Source of the DNA: Candidatus Pacearchaeota archaeon CG1_02_32_21 | Lineage (GTDB): Archaea; Nanobdellota; Nanobdellia; Pacearchaeales; GW2011-AR1 | Reading direction: 5' to 3' | NCBI GenBank assembly: GCA_001872185.1 | Contig: MNVX01000033.1 | Location: forward strand, 1-40,792 | Length of the DNA: 40,792 nucleotides | In this document: one piece after another, positions 25,783-36,084 of the stretch | Layout: every line of letters starts with the position of its first letter | Numbering within the stretch: the first letter of the stretch is position 1 | Translations under genes and position numbers: made by a program | Notes under the pieces: generated by a model | What the model saw: only the letters and a program-made list of their open reading frames with translations | The model's database searches: none | What the model was told of the DNA's origin: nothing

Positions 25783-27633
25783 TTACTTGCTCATTTCTTT
25801 GAGCTTTCTAATTGTGTCTTCGAACTCCTTGTTTTTCTCACCACCTGCCCTCCTAGGAGCAGGTCTTGGAGTATTAGCTGGGAAAACTGGACGCTGGGAT
25901 GAATATGGACGATATACAGGACTTGGAGGGAAAGGCGGCCTTGTTTGTCTAGGAGCTGGACCTTTTTTAAACCTTGATCTGAATTTAAAAAATAGTAACT
26001 TTAATTTATTCTTGAATATAATTGCAAGTATGACTAAAAATATCAGAATTAATAATATCCATATCCACCATAAACTTCCACCTGATTTAGGTGTTACACA
26101 ACAAACTTGCCCTGCAGGACAGGTTAAACTTCTATCCTGAGTTTCCTCTCCTATACAATTGCTTTGGCAAACTTCATTTGATTCAACTCCACAAGTATAA
26201 ACCGGCTCTTCAGGTTCTTCTGATGGCTCACATGTACCGATACAACAATTAAGAGTTTCATAACTTTCAGTTAAATCTCCACCACATTGTTCACTTAAGC
26301 CACATTCTTCTCCACCTAACTGAGAACAGGTTGGAAGATCTTCTGAACAGCATATTTCAAAGCTTAAACATCCTTTAAGCTCAGAGAATTCAATCCCTGT
26401 ACATGAAGCACTTGGAACGCAGAAATGACCTTGAGATACACAGTTCTGAGATTGTATTGGAACACATACTCCATTAAGGCATTCATTTCCAGAAGCACAA
26501 TCAGAATCTAATGAACACTCTTCAGTTACTCCTCCGCCACTATCGGACCATCCTGAATAAAGAAGGAAAGCTGTATCAATAAAATTACTATTGAAACATC
26601 CGTTGCTACCCTGTGTTTCATCAACAATATAAGTCATGGCTTTATCAGCTTCATTAGAGCTTTGCCCTTGAAGAGCAAGCAAAGCTATTGCAGTACTTTT
26701 AAATTTTCCCAATGTTCCCACTTGCCAGAACTTTCCGTTAAAGTCATCCTGTAAAATGCTTGAAAGATAATCGTCCTCTCCTGTTAAAATGTACAAAAAT
26801 GATTCCGGGAAGTACTTTTCATTTTTGTCTATTGAAGCTGAAAGATATGGCAGGTAAGAGCCAGTATCATACTTCAATGAATTGAGGGCTATTGCAGACC
26901 ACAAAGAGCCTTCATAATTACATGTTCCTGCTTGCTGGAAGCACTTGTAAGTTATTTTTTCTGTTGTCTCACCATTAGCTGATTCTGAATGAAGATTTTG
27001 TGAAACATGAATTGTTGATGAATCTGAATTTCTGTAAAGAAGAGTTGTTGTAAATTCCTTATCACAAGAAATTTTATATTCATTGACTACACAATTCCCT
27101 GTCCCAAACTTTAGCCAATAACCATTTTCACTTACAGATAAACAAGAACCTGCTCCAGAAGAAACTTTTCTCGTGCTTAAAATACTTACAGGATATGAAC
27201 TTGAGCCATATTTTACCGTACAAGAAGAAGAATTAGCCGTATCTATTTGCAAGTACCAAACTAAGTCGTCTGCAACTTTTGTCTGATTTAACAGCCAGTT
27301 TTCAACCTTTTCAGTATTAGCATTTGCCTGGTCTAAAGCAAGTAGTGCAAGAGCAGTGTCTTTTAGTTTACAATTAGACTTTGGCCAACATTCCTGATTC
27401 CTTGAATTTTCCAAAACTTTGCTTTTACAGTCTTTATAATTTCCCAATGCAAGCAAGGCATAAATTTGTTCTTCTGAAGTTATTTTTGAACATGAGTCAT
27501 CTATCTGGTCTTTTAAACATTGGTAAGCATCATCTATTTTTGACTGATTCGACTCTGCAGAAATTAATGGAAATGATAAAAACAATAATGATATAATTAT
27601 TCCAAAAGTAATACACCTGCTTTTTTTATTCAT
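25783..27633 (-). CDS. Membrane-anchored surface protein with alpha/alpha-toroid-like helical repeats, Cys-rich repeats, TM and Pro/Arg-rich tail
   Basis: Repeated helices YALLAL, DTALALLAL, STAIALLAL, DTAFLLY; multiple CC-containing modules; WWIWILLILIF TM. Confidence 0.8.
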   Translation of the reverse strand: MNKKSRCITFGIIISLLFLSFPLISAESNQSKIDDAYQCLKDQIDDSCSKITSEEQIYALLALGNYKDCKSKVLENSRNQECWPKSNCKLKDTALALLALDQANANTEKVENWLLNQTKVADDLVWYLQIDTANSSSCTVKYGSSSYPVSILSTRKVSSGAGSCLSVSENGYWLKFGTGNCVVNEYKISCDKEFTTTLLYRNSDSSTIHVSQNLHSESANGETTEKITYKCFQQAGTCNYEGSLWSAIALNSLKYDTGSYLPYLSASIDKNEKYFPESFLYILTGEDDYLSSILQDDFNGKFWQVGTLGKFKSTAIALLALQGQSSNEADKAMTYIVDETQGSNGCFNSNFIDTAFLLYSGWSDSGGGVTEECSLDSDCASGNECLNGVCVPIQSQNCVSQGHFCVPSASCTGIEFSELKGCLSFEICCSEDLPTCSQLGGEECGLSEQCGGDLTESYETLNCCIGTCEPSEEPEEPVYTCGVESNEVCQSNCIGEETQDRSLTCPAGQVCCVTPKSGGSLWWIWILLILIFLVILAIIFKNKLKLLFFKFRSRFKKGPAPRQTRPPFPPSPVYRPYSSQRPVFPANTPRPAPRRAGGEKNKEFEDTIRKLKEMSK

Positions 27634-27891
27634 ATTTAATAGAGTGTGAAGGAGTTTAAAAAGTTTTATACTTTAATAAACCTGGAAAAATTTTTAGGGA
27701 AGGTAGATAATAAAAATAAATAAATCAAAAGGTAATGCAAACAAATGGATTTCAGTTAAACATATATAAACAATGTAAAGATATTGGATATTTATAATTA
27801 AATGAACATAAACAAGGTAAAGTATAACACATCTGAAATTAACATGCCATATAAAGTTTTTTAAACAATACTTTCTAACTTAGATAATAAA

Positions 27892-29793
27892 ATGATGGTG
27901 ATTAAAGATATTTATAATAAAAAATATTTTATAATTCTAAGTGTTGTTATTCTAATTCTTGCCTTTATTGTTGTTTGGTTTTTAATTGAAAATAAATTTA
28001 GTTTTGCCGGCAATATAATTAGTTTAACTGGAGATATTATAACAGGTAATGTAGTTGCTGAGCCTAATTCAATTCAGTGTTATACAGAAAGTAAGTATAA
28101 TTTTTTCTTTAAAAAGTATAAAAAATCAGACTATTGTGAAGAAAATGATGAAAACACTCCTCCAAGAGATTATTGCTTTAATGACAAATCTGTTAGACCA
28201 AATAAAAAAGTATGTGTAGAGTGTATAAATAATAAAGCTTGTGCAAGTGGAAAATGTAATGATAAAAAGAAGTGTGAAACTTTAAGCCACACTCCAGCAC
28301 CTAATCCAACTCCTGCGCCAGCATGTCCTCCAGGTTGTTTAACATGCAATTCTCAAGGACTTTGTGTATATGCAAATTCAAGCACTTGTTATCCTGCATG
28401 TAAAGATAATGAAGGATGTAATGAAGACGCTTATCCCCCAAGATGTGAAGCTGCAGAGTGCGGCATTGCTGGAAAGCAATGTTATGGTGGTTTAATTTGT
28501 AAAAACAAATTATGCGTAAGATGTGAAAATGATAGAGATTGTCCTGCTGGACAGTCATGTGTACAAGATCCTAATCCTCAAGTTCCTGCTGGTTTTAAAG
28601 TATGTGTAAATATCCAAACACCAACAGATACGAATACACAAACAAATCCCAATAAATGCAATATTGATTATGATTGTAAAAATGGACAGATATGTGAAAA
28701 TAGCAAGTGTATAGAAGGAGAATGCACTAGGACAAAACTTTGCAAAAATGGAGAAATGTGCGAAGGTGGAAGGTGCAATAAACCTTGTTCACTTTATAGG
28801 GATTGTAGTGTTAACGAAATTTGTTATAATAAATGGAAATGTGTACCTGTCTCGTGTACTAAAAATAGTGAATGCCCGGGTATGTTATGTGAAAAGAATA
28901 AATGTGCAGATTTTGAATGTTTTGATGATGGGCAATGTCCTAATTTCCCTTCCCAAGTATGTGTTGAAGCAAAATGCATTAATACTATAAAATGTGATAC
29001 TAATAACCCTTGCCCTAATGGATTAAGTTGTACTGGTGGGATTTGTGATGATGGAGATGGAAATTGCAATAGTTTTGAAGAAATTGATTCTGTTCTTGCC
29101 AATTTAGAACAAAACAATCCTACTAAAATACATGCTGATGATTATGAACAATGGGTTCAAGAAAATTTTGATTCTATTATTGATTTTATGGATGCTGGCC
29201 AATGTATTTATGGTAGTGGAGTGATTACATCTGTAAATTCAGGCATAAGTGCTATAAAAAATATCAAAAGAACAACAGATTCAAATCACCCTGCCCCTAC
29301 ATCTATTATACCATTTGACAAGAATGGTTTCAAAAAGGCAGGACATGCCATTATTGTATTAAATGTAAAAGATATCTCAAGATTCGGTGTCCCAAAATAT
29401 GAAGTAATTTATCTTGATTCAAATGGCCCCGGCATCTTTAAAATGCAATGTCAAATTGGAAAATTTAGTATTGGAAAAAGAAGAATTAGCCTTTTTTATT
29501 GTAAAATTCCAGATAATGCTCCAACATATCAAGGAGAAAATGTTGGTATTGGCACTTCTATCCTCACTGAAGTATCATCAGATTTACAAGTAGTATTCAC
29601 TAGTTATTGTAGAATGAATTCACAATCAAATTTCTGTAAAGAAAGAGTTGACGTTGCAGGATGGATTGAAGATGGGAATTATCCAACGCTTCAAAATAGA
29701 GGCACACCAAACAATCTCGGTATATGCACTGGTTGGGCGGAATTTGCATTAAGAGTTGCCTACCTAGGAGAATTTGTTGGATGTGGGAATTAA
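27892..29793 (+). CDS. N-anchored Cys-rich repeat protein with putative C-terminal papain-like domain
   Basis: N-terminal TM; tandem C-x4-C-x5-C-x4-C-type repeats; GHAIIV...YLDSN...GICTGWA. Confidence 0.75.
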   Translation: MMVIKDIYNKKYFIILSVVILILAFIVVWFLIENKFSFAGNIISLTGDIITGNVVAEPNSIQCYTESKYNFFFKKYKKSDYCEENDENTPPRDYCFNDKSVRPNKKVCVECINNKACASGKCNDKKKCETLSHTPAPNPTPAPACPPGCLTCNSQGLCVYANSSTCYPACKDNEGCNEDAYPPRCEAAECGIAGKQCYGGLICKNKLCVRCENDRDCPAGQSCVQDPNPQVPAGFKVCVNIQTPTDTNTQTNPNKCNIDYDCKNGQICENSKCIEGECTRTKLCKNGEMCEGGRCNKPCSLYRDCSVNEICYNKWKCVPVSCTKNSECPGMLCEKNKCADFECFDDGQCPNFPSQVCVEAKCINTIKCDTNNPCPNGLSCTGGICDDGDGNCNSFEEIDSVLANLEQNNPTKIHADDYEQWVQENFDSIIDFMDAGQCIYGSGVITSVNSGISAIKNIKRTTDSNHPAPTSIIPFDKNGFKKAGHAIIVLNVKDISRFGVPKYEVIYLDSNGPGIFKMQCQIGKFSIGKRRISLFYCKIPDNAPTYQGENVGIGTSILTEVSSDLQVVFTSYCRMNSQSNFCKERVDVAGWIEDGNYPTLQNRGTPNNLGICTGWAEFALRVAYLGEFVGCGN

Positions 29794-29826
29794 ATAATTT
29801 ACTAAATAAAATATAGCTATAACTTT

Positions 29827-30141
29827 CTAATGAGCTCTTGTTTTATAATATAAATCTACCTTGTAATAAGAACCGTCCCCTGCCTTTACAACAACCTTTT
29901 TAGCATGAATCCCCTTTCCAAATTTTACTTCATATGCTGGAATAATAAGACCATCATTTCTTGGCTCAATCTTTCTTACACTTCTAACACTATTAAGATC
30001 AACTCTTGGTTCTGTAATTGGAGTATTATCTGTTGACATCCACTTAGGATAATCAATATTTGTAGCACATCCGTTAGTTAAAGCTCCAGCTCCAATTAAC
30101 AATCCTGCAAGTCCACTTGTTAGTTTTGATTTTGTGTTCAT
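29827..30141 (-). CDS. Small exported protein with lipobox-like Cys
   Basis: MNTKSKLTSGLAGLLIGAGALTNGC. Confidence 0.6.
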   Translation of the reverse strand: MNTKSKLTSGLAGLLIGAGALTNGCATNIDYPKWMSTDNTPITEPRVDLNSVRSVRKIEPRNDGLIIPAYEVKFGKGIHAKKVVVKAGDGSYYKVDLYYKTRAH

Positions 30142-30232
30142 TTTACTTCAACTATTATTGATTATACAATAATTTAGCTGTATTTAAATATTCCTATATG
30201 TTATTATTTATAAGGAGTTACAAAACTAAGAG

Positions 30233-31795
30233 TTATTCCTTTGTTTTATTTGTTTTTGATGTTCTTGAATTTTCTCTTTTGGTTTTTTCTGATATTTTCC
30301 TTTCGATCTTCTCTCTTGCAACTACATAAGAAACAGGATTTTTTATTTTCTCGCTCAAATTATCTACGTCAAAAACTCCTATTTCTTTGTATATTTCATT
30401 ATCGAAATTCGGAGGCATAACCGGAGAATGGCGTGCATGCCACATCAGCTGGGCTTTTATATAGCCTTCTTTGAGTGGAGGATTATTTTTTTTATTCCAT
30501 TCTTTCACTTTAGCTTCAACTTCTTCTATAGGAAATCCCAAAGACCTAAAAAAATTAAGCAGGATGAATAAGGCCCTTTTCTTTCCATCATCCATGCCCT
30601 TCAGAATTTTTTGAATTGTTGGAGGGAAATAATCATCTTTAACTTTTATTTTTGGCATTTCAAATGTCTTGTCTTTTTTTTCAATTTGAGAATAGTCTAA
30701 GTTACCTTCTTTTCTTTGAGACATTCCCCAGTCAATTGAACTTAAAAGCAGCTCTTTGGCTTCATTTTTTTTAACTTTCGGAATAAACTCCTTAACTACA
30801 ATGTTTAATGGATCTGCATCTTTAATTTCAAAGTCAGATATTTTATCCTTGTCTAAGACAATACTTGCTAAAGCTGTTTTCTCATGCAAAGAATAAGGCA
30901 TCCTGAATAAATGCCTTGGAGAAACAAGTTGTAAATCTAGGCCTAAAACTTTGAAGATATCTATTGATATTTTTTCAATAAAATTATTTTTGTTTTCTAG
31001 TGAGTCCATGCTGCATCTTGGGCAGTAATAAAATTTTTGCTTTTTAGTTTCAAACATCTCCGTTTTAATATGGACGGGGCATTTTTTTGCTTTGTAATTT
31101 TCATTGGATGTTTTAAACGTTTCAATATGTGGAGGAGAGCACTTGTCGCATCTCACAGTTACTTCGAATCTTGTATCTGCTAAATTATTGCATTTTTCAC
31201 ATTTTATCCCAGAATACCCTTTAACTTTTAAAAAATCTGATTCTGTTTCTTTTATTAAATCTTCCAGTATTGGACGGGCAAGCTCTTTTATATACCCTAC
31301 AATTGCTCTTGGCCATTCTGGAAACATTGAACTGGTTTTTATGCTGTTAATCTCTTCTGGGAAAGCTTCACATGGAACAATAATATGAAATCCCTTGCTT
31401 CCTGAGAACTTAATACCTACATTTTTAACTCCCCTGTACTCTAGCGCTTTGATAATGGCAATAGCTGCTTTTTTACTATAATCAATCCACCTGCAGTCTA
31501 TATCAATAATTAAGTCCCATCCTTCTCTAAGCTCATTTAGCTCAGATTCAGGCATGCCTGTTTTTAACTGTAAAGGGTCTCTCCATATTTCCTCGGAGCA
31601 ATGAAAGCTTGAAGCTCCCTTTTTTACCATAGCCAGTATATCTGAAGGGTATTGAAAGCTATCTGGCCGTTTGCCAAACCCTTCAAAATACCTTGGAGTT
31701 ACCTCTCTTTTTTTCGAAAAGTTAAAAATAGCCTCAAGAACATCTTTTCTTGAGTAATATGGCAAAGATAGCAACTTCACCTGCTCTTTTTTCAT
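30233..31795 (-). CDS. priS: Fused DNA primase PriS-PriL (DPANN-type) with Zn-ribbon insertion
   Basis: WDLIIDID, KFSGSKGFHI, RHLFRMPYSLHEKT (PriS); FPPTI...DGKKRALF...PPN...KNPVSY (PriL C-terminal domain); inserted CEKC/CDKC/CPVH/CPRC. Confidence 0.9.
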   Translation of the reverse strand: MKKEQVKLLSLPYYSRKDVLEAIFNFSKKREVTPRYFEGFGKRPDSFQYPSDILAMVKKGASSFHCSEEIWRDPLQLKTGMPESELNELREGWDLIIDIDCRWIDYSKKAAIAIIKALEYRGVKNVGIKFSGSKGFHIIVPCEAFPEEINSIKTSSMFPEWPRAIVGYIKELARPILEDLIKETESDFLKVKGYSGIKCEKCNNLADTRFEVTVRCDKCSPPHIETFKTSNENYKAKKCPVHIKTEMFETKKQKFYYCPRCSMDSLENKNNFIEKISIDIFKVLGLDLQLVSPRHLFRMPYSLHEKTALASIVLDKDKISDFEIKDADPLNIVVKEFIPKVKKNEAKELLLSSIDWGMSQRKEGNLDYSQIEKKDKTFEMPKIKVKDDYFPPTIQKILKGMDDGKKRALFILLNFFRSLGFPIEEVEAKVKEWNKKNNPPLKEGYIKAQLMWHARHSPVMPPNFDNEIYKEIGVFDVDNLSEKIKNPVSYVVAREKIERKISEKTKRENSRTSKTNKTKE

Positions 31796-31886
31796 TTTAG
31801 AAAAAGCTATTGTAATTTTAAATACCTTTGTTCAGTTTAGAACAATAATACTTAAAAGCTTCCAGCTATTATGAAAAAAGATAAAA

Positions 31887-32612
31887 ATGAGGGCAAAATT
31901 AGACCATCCTAAACTACTTTCCGAGGTCGTATCAATAATCTCTGAGTTAGTAACAGAGGTAAAATTAAAGTTTAGTGAAGATGGGCTTAGCATAGTGGCA
32001 ATAGATCCTGCAAACGTAGCTATGGTTTATTTTAAGCTTCCAAAGAACTCCTTCAGTGAATATCAGTCAGGTCATGAAATTTTAGGAGTTAATCTTGATA
32101 ATTTAAAAGCTGTTTTAAGAAGAACTAAGCCTGGGAGCACCTTAATTATGGAAAGTCATGAGACAACAATTGAACTGAATATTTTAGACAAGATAAAGAG
32201 GAGTTTTTCCCTTGCATTGATAGAAGTAGAGTCTGAAGATAAAGACCCTCCGAAACTTGAATTTTTGTCACAAATTCAGATATCTCCTGGAGACTTTGTT
32301 GATGCTATTGAGGATTGCCTTATAGTAAGTGATGCATGTACACTAATTTCTACTCCAAATAGTTTTATAATAGAAGCTCAGGGCCTGAATTCTGCCAGAG
32401 CAGAATTTACTGGAGATGAAGTTACAATTATTTCTGGAAATTCTAAGTCAAAATATAGTTTAGAATATCTGCAAAAATTCATAAAGGCGAGCAAACTTGC
32501 AGACAAAATATTTGTTAACTTTTCAAGCGACAGCCCAATAAAACTTGAATTCAAAAAAGACAGTTTTGAGCTTTCATTTATTCTTGCTCCAAGAGTTGAG
32601 AATGAAGACTAG
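31887..32612 (+). CDS. pcn: DNA polymerase sliding clamp PCNA
   Basis: AIDPANVAMV, SKYSLEYL, FILAPRVE; 241 aa; divergent from the primase gene. Confidence 0.96.
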   Translation: MRAKLDHPKLLSEVVSIISELVTEVKLKFSEDGLSIVAIDPANVAMVYFKLPKNSFSEYQSGHEILGVNLDNLKAVLRRTKPGSTLIMESHETTIELNILDKIKRSFSLALIEVESEDKDPPKLEFLSQIQISPGDFVDAIEDCLIVSDACTLISTPNSFIIEAQGLNSARAEFTGDEVTIISGNSKSKYSLEYLQKFIKASKLADKIFVNFSSDSPIKLEFKKDSFELSFILAPRVENED

Positions 32613-33004
32613 CACAAATTAAGTAAGACATTTAACAATGAGTGCTAATCCGAGCAGAGGATTAATATAGTGATTTGGATAGTCATAGGAGTCTTAATCA
32701 TTCTGATTATAATATCACTTTTCATAATCAAATTAGAAACATATATTTTGGCTAGAAGGGTAGAACTACATTCTCAAGAATGTAGATTTCTCCTCAATTA
32801 ACGTTTGTAGATAATTCTGGTCATTCTTTTTTATACGCTTTGATAATTGGACTTAAAGAAGCATATAATCTAATAAAACATAAAAATTAATTCCTAAAAA
32901 CCCGATACACCAAAAGAATTATAAATGAATATTTATTAGTTATTTTGTAATATATACATTAAGATGTATAAAAGAGATTTTGGATGAAAAAAATAATTAT
33001 TAGT

Positions 33005-33370
33005 TTATTTGATTATCTTATTATGTGTTTTCTGTGATTTGTACGAATAATAAAGGATGATAAGACTAAAAAATATAATGGTTAATGTAACAATTAGTGC
33101 ATTTATTGAAAAATTAAATAATACCATTGTTAATAACACTATTCCTAACAATAGCAAAATTCCTCCAACTGCATAACCCACCACTATGAATTTGTAATCT
33201 AATTTTTTATTCTTGAAATTGAAAATACTAATTAAGACCAATACTACTAATATTACTGAAATAATCGTTGCAATAATTAAATGATTTCTTAATTTTAAAA
33301 AAAACAATGGAATAGTCATAAGGATAATTCCTATTTTAAGCGAAATAACTAATTTATGTAAATTATCCAT
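33005..33370 (-). CDS. Four-TM membrane protein
   Basis: Four hydrophobic segments in 121 aa. Confidence 0.65.
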   Translation of the reverse strand: MDNLHKLVISLKIGIILMTIPLFFLKLRNHLIIATIISVILVVLVLISIFNFKNKKLDYKFIVVGYAVGGILLLLGIVLLTMVLFNFSINALIVTLTIIFFSLIILYYSYKSQKTHNKIIK

Positions 33371-33430
33371 ATTAATTAGTAATCGGTAAAGTTTTTAAAG
33401 GTAATTATATTATTTTAAATATTAAAAAAG

Positions 33431-34531
33431 ATGGTGAAGAAAGTAACACCTAATGAATTTCCTATTAGATTATTTATGATTGTTTCTATCTCTATAATAA
33501 TTATTAGTTTAGTTTTCTTCGCTTATGCACAAGAGACTTCACTTAAAAATAATTTTGGATTTACTAAACACGGAATAAGCATAATAAAAGAGTATGAAAT
33601 AAAATCAGATAATTTTTACTCAATGAAAGTTTATGATTACGCTGATGTATCTAATAATTCTAAATTTAAAGTTCAAATTATAGAGTTTGATAATGAGAGT
33701 ATATTAGATTTCTGGATGGAAGGCAAGATAAATGGTAATTCAAGCAGTGTAAATATAGATAATAATTTTATTTACATAAGCAGTGACAAAGATTATGCTT
33801 TTTGGAGAAATGGAAATAGTTTTATACAAATAATAATTGATAATAATCATCAATATAAAAATAGTTTTAAGAAATTTTCTAATTATGAAGAGAAAGATAT
33901 TTTTCCAGCAAGACTGATTAAAAATTACTTAAAAAAATATCCTAGCAACTGTGGTAAGGACAATTGTATGAGTGAAAATAGAAATACTCAAGATAAATTA
34001 ACTGAATCGCTTAATTGGTTTGAAAATCCTCCCTTAGACATAAAAACTTCTTCATACTATACATGGGATAAAAACTGCCCTGCAAATGAGTCTGGCTGGA
34101 TTCAAATAGAAAAAAGTCCTTCTCTCTCTAACGAGGAAATTGTTGAAATCAAAAATCACTGTCAAGAATATGGGGTACCTAAAGGCAAGGATGGTTCCAA
34201 AATATCTTCAGGTTTGAAGGAATGTGGAAAAGCAATTGACAAATATCTTAAAGATAATAATATTGCATATAATGATGATAGTATTGTATTGGATGAGTGT
34301 TTACTGAGAGAACATTTTTTGAATAATAATGTAGATTACTCTCAAGATATGATTAATCTTATATTTAGGGAAAGAAATAATAAAATTTTGAAGAAAATTG
34401 AACTTATAGAATCATTAAAAAGGGATATTTTTGAACTTAAAACTAGAAATATTGCCAATAGCAATGGTAAATTAAAATTAATTAGCAATACTGAAAAAAT
34501 TAAAAATAACCCTTATTGGTTTGAAAGATGA
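33431..34531 (+). CDS. Secreted hypothetical protein
   Basis: Signal peptide ending AYA-QE; stop overlaps the next ATG (ATGA). Confidence 0.75.
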   Translation: MVKKVTPNEFPIRLFMIVSISIIIISLVFFAYAQETSLKNNFGFTKHGISIIKEYEIKSDNFYSMKVYDYADVSNNSKFKVQIIEFDNESILDFWMEGKINGNSSSVNIDNNFIYISSDKDYAFWRNGNSFIQIIIDNNHQYKNSFKKFSNYEEKDIFPARLIKNYLKKYPSNCGKDNCMSENRNTQDKLTESLNWFENPPLDIKTSSYYTWDKNCPANESGWIQIEKSPSLSNEEIVEIKNHCQEYGVPKGKDGSKISSGLKECGKAIDKYLKDNNIAYNDDSIVLDECLLREHFLNNNVDYSQDMINLIFRERNNKILKKIELIESLKRDIFELKTRNIANSNGKLKLISNTEKIKNNPYWFER

Positions 34532-36084
34532 TCCATAAAAAATATTTTGTTTATTTTTTTATAGGTTGTATTATTTTATGGAGCCTTGTTTTTGTATCTT
34601 CCCAATCTGAAAGAATTAATATACATGACTCTTATAGTTTTGATGGCAGTTCTTTTAACGACCAAGTTGCCTTTGAAAATTATGGTTTTTCATTCCAAGC
34701 GACAGATATAGACTATTCTGCTGATCCAGATTTGGTCTGTTTTAATGTAGATTTATATAAGGCAGAAACAGAAGACTATTCCACAAGTTCTGGAGAGATT
34801 ACTATGGATTATTGTATTTATTCATCTTCTACAGATAGAGATGATTGCATTAATTACTGGGGTATAAATCTACCATTGTCAAACATGGAATTAGAAAATT
34901 TTTTAGATCAATTCCTTAATCAAAAAGTTTGTGATGGATGTGACTATGACACTTCAAATAGGTTTGGTGATTCTGTAGAAGTTGATATATTTTATGATTG
35001 TGATGCTAGTTCTAAATTTATCTCGGCTATTGGAAATTATTTTGTAATAAACCCGAGAGAATATTATTGTTTAAATAATGGGGATGATGAATATAGAGTA
35101 AGTGGGAGGACGTTTGACTGGTATAGCAATAAAAACATTTGGGTAGATTATGATATAAAAGAATGTATTGGGGATAGGATAGGTTGTGCTGAAGATAGGG
35201 ATGAAATAAATGATAATACTGGAACAACATACTTGCCCGACGTATGTGCTATTAAAGATGGGTCAAGAAGTTATTGTTATGGACAAGACGACCTTTGTAT
35301 TTCACGCAACTGTGGAGGAGGAAGAATAGATTTTAGTTCACAATGTGCATCCGATGGTTCAGATGCATATTTTTTACTTACTGAAGAATATAGAGATACA
35401 TGTGGAGGGGATGGAGACTTACAAGAAGTTTATTCAGAATACATAACATGTAGTGAAGATTTGGGAAGTGATTATATTTGTGATGTTGACAAAGTTGGAC
35501 AAGATATCGCTTCTCCATCTATCATTTGCAAGTTAAAAGAATACTCTTCTTGTAATATAGATTCTGAATGCTGGAATGATAATGGTGGATACGATTGTAT
35601 GGGTAATACTGGAAATAAAATATGCACAATGGGAGCTAATGGAAAAAATTGTTATAGTAATGATGACGCTCAATGTGATTCTTTTAGATGTGATAATACT
35701 TGTCAATCAAAATTAACAGATGGGCTAAGTTGTGATGAAAATAGTGATTGTATAAATGGGCAGTGTGGAGGAGGAATTTGTGGAGGAACTGGAGTTACAG
35801 TTGACCTTGCAGTTGTTGATATTAATCCCGTTCAAGTTATTCCAAATGTTGATTTAGTCAAAGGAAAATTTGGAATTGTAAGAATTACTGTAGCTAATTA
35901 TGGTTCTAACCAATCAAATGGTTTAGTTAATGTTACTTTTGATGGAGCACAGCTGAATATAGCTAGTGGAGATACCCAAACAAAACCAATTCCTCCAAAT
36001 AGGAATATTACATTTGATTTTGATTTCACTCCGACAAGTTCTGGAGATAATAAAGAAATAATTGCAAATGTGAGTGTTGTTTAA
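34528..36084 (+). CDS. Secreted acidic Cys-rich protein ending in an apparently incomplete CARDB/Ig-like domain
   Basis: Signal peptide; D/C-rich repeats; C-terminal VDLAVVDI...VRITVANYGS...IPPNRNITFDFDFTPTSSG...IIANVSVV*. Confidence 0.8.
   Translation: MIHKKYFVYFFIGCIILWSLVFVSSQSERINIHDSYSFDGSSFNDQVAFENYGFSFQATDIDYSADPDLVCFNVDLYKAETEDYSTSSGEITMDYCIYSSSTDRDDCINYWGINLPLSNMELENFLDQFLNQKVCDGCDYDTSNRFGDSVEVDIFYDCDASSKFISAIGNYFVINPREYYCLNNGDDEYRVSGRTFDWYSNKNIWVDYDIKECIGDRIGCAEDRDEINDNTGTTYLPDVCAIKDGSRSYCYGQDDLCISRNCGGGRIDFSSQCASDGSDAYFLLTEEYRDTCGGDGDLQEVYSEYITCSEDLGSDYICDVDKVGQDIASPSIICKLKEYSSCNIDSECWNDNGGYDCMGNTGNKICTMGANGKNCYSNDDAQCDSFRCDNTCQSKLTDGLSCDENSDCINGQCGGGICGGTGVTVDLAVVDINPVQVIPNVDLVKGKFGIVRITVANYGSNQSNGLVNVTFDGAQLNIASGDTQTKPIPPNRNITFDFDFTPTSSGDNKEIIANVSVV

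Noticed and set aside
32638-32801. Hydrophobic reading frame after pcn (IVIWIVIGVLIILIIISLFII...)
   Set aside because: The nearby ATG is in a different frame that stops early; possibly a decayed membrane-protein gene, too weak to call.
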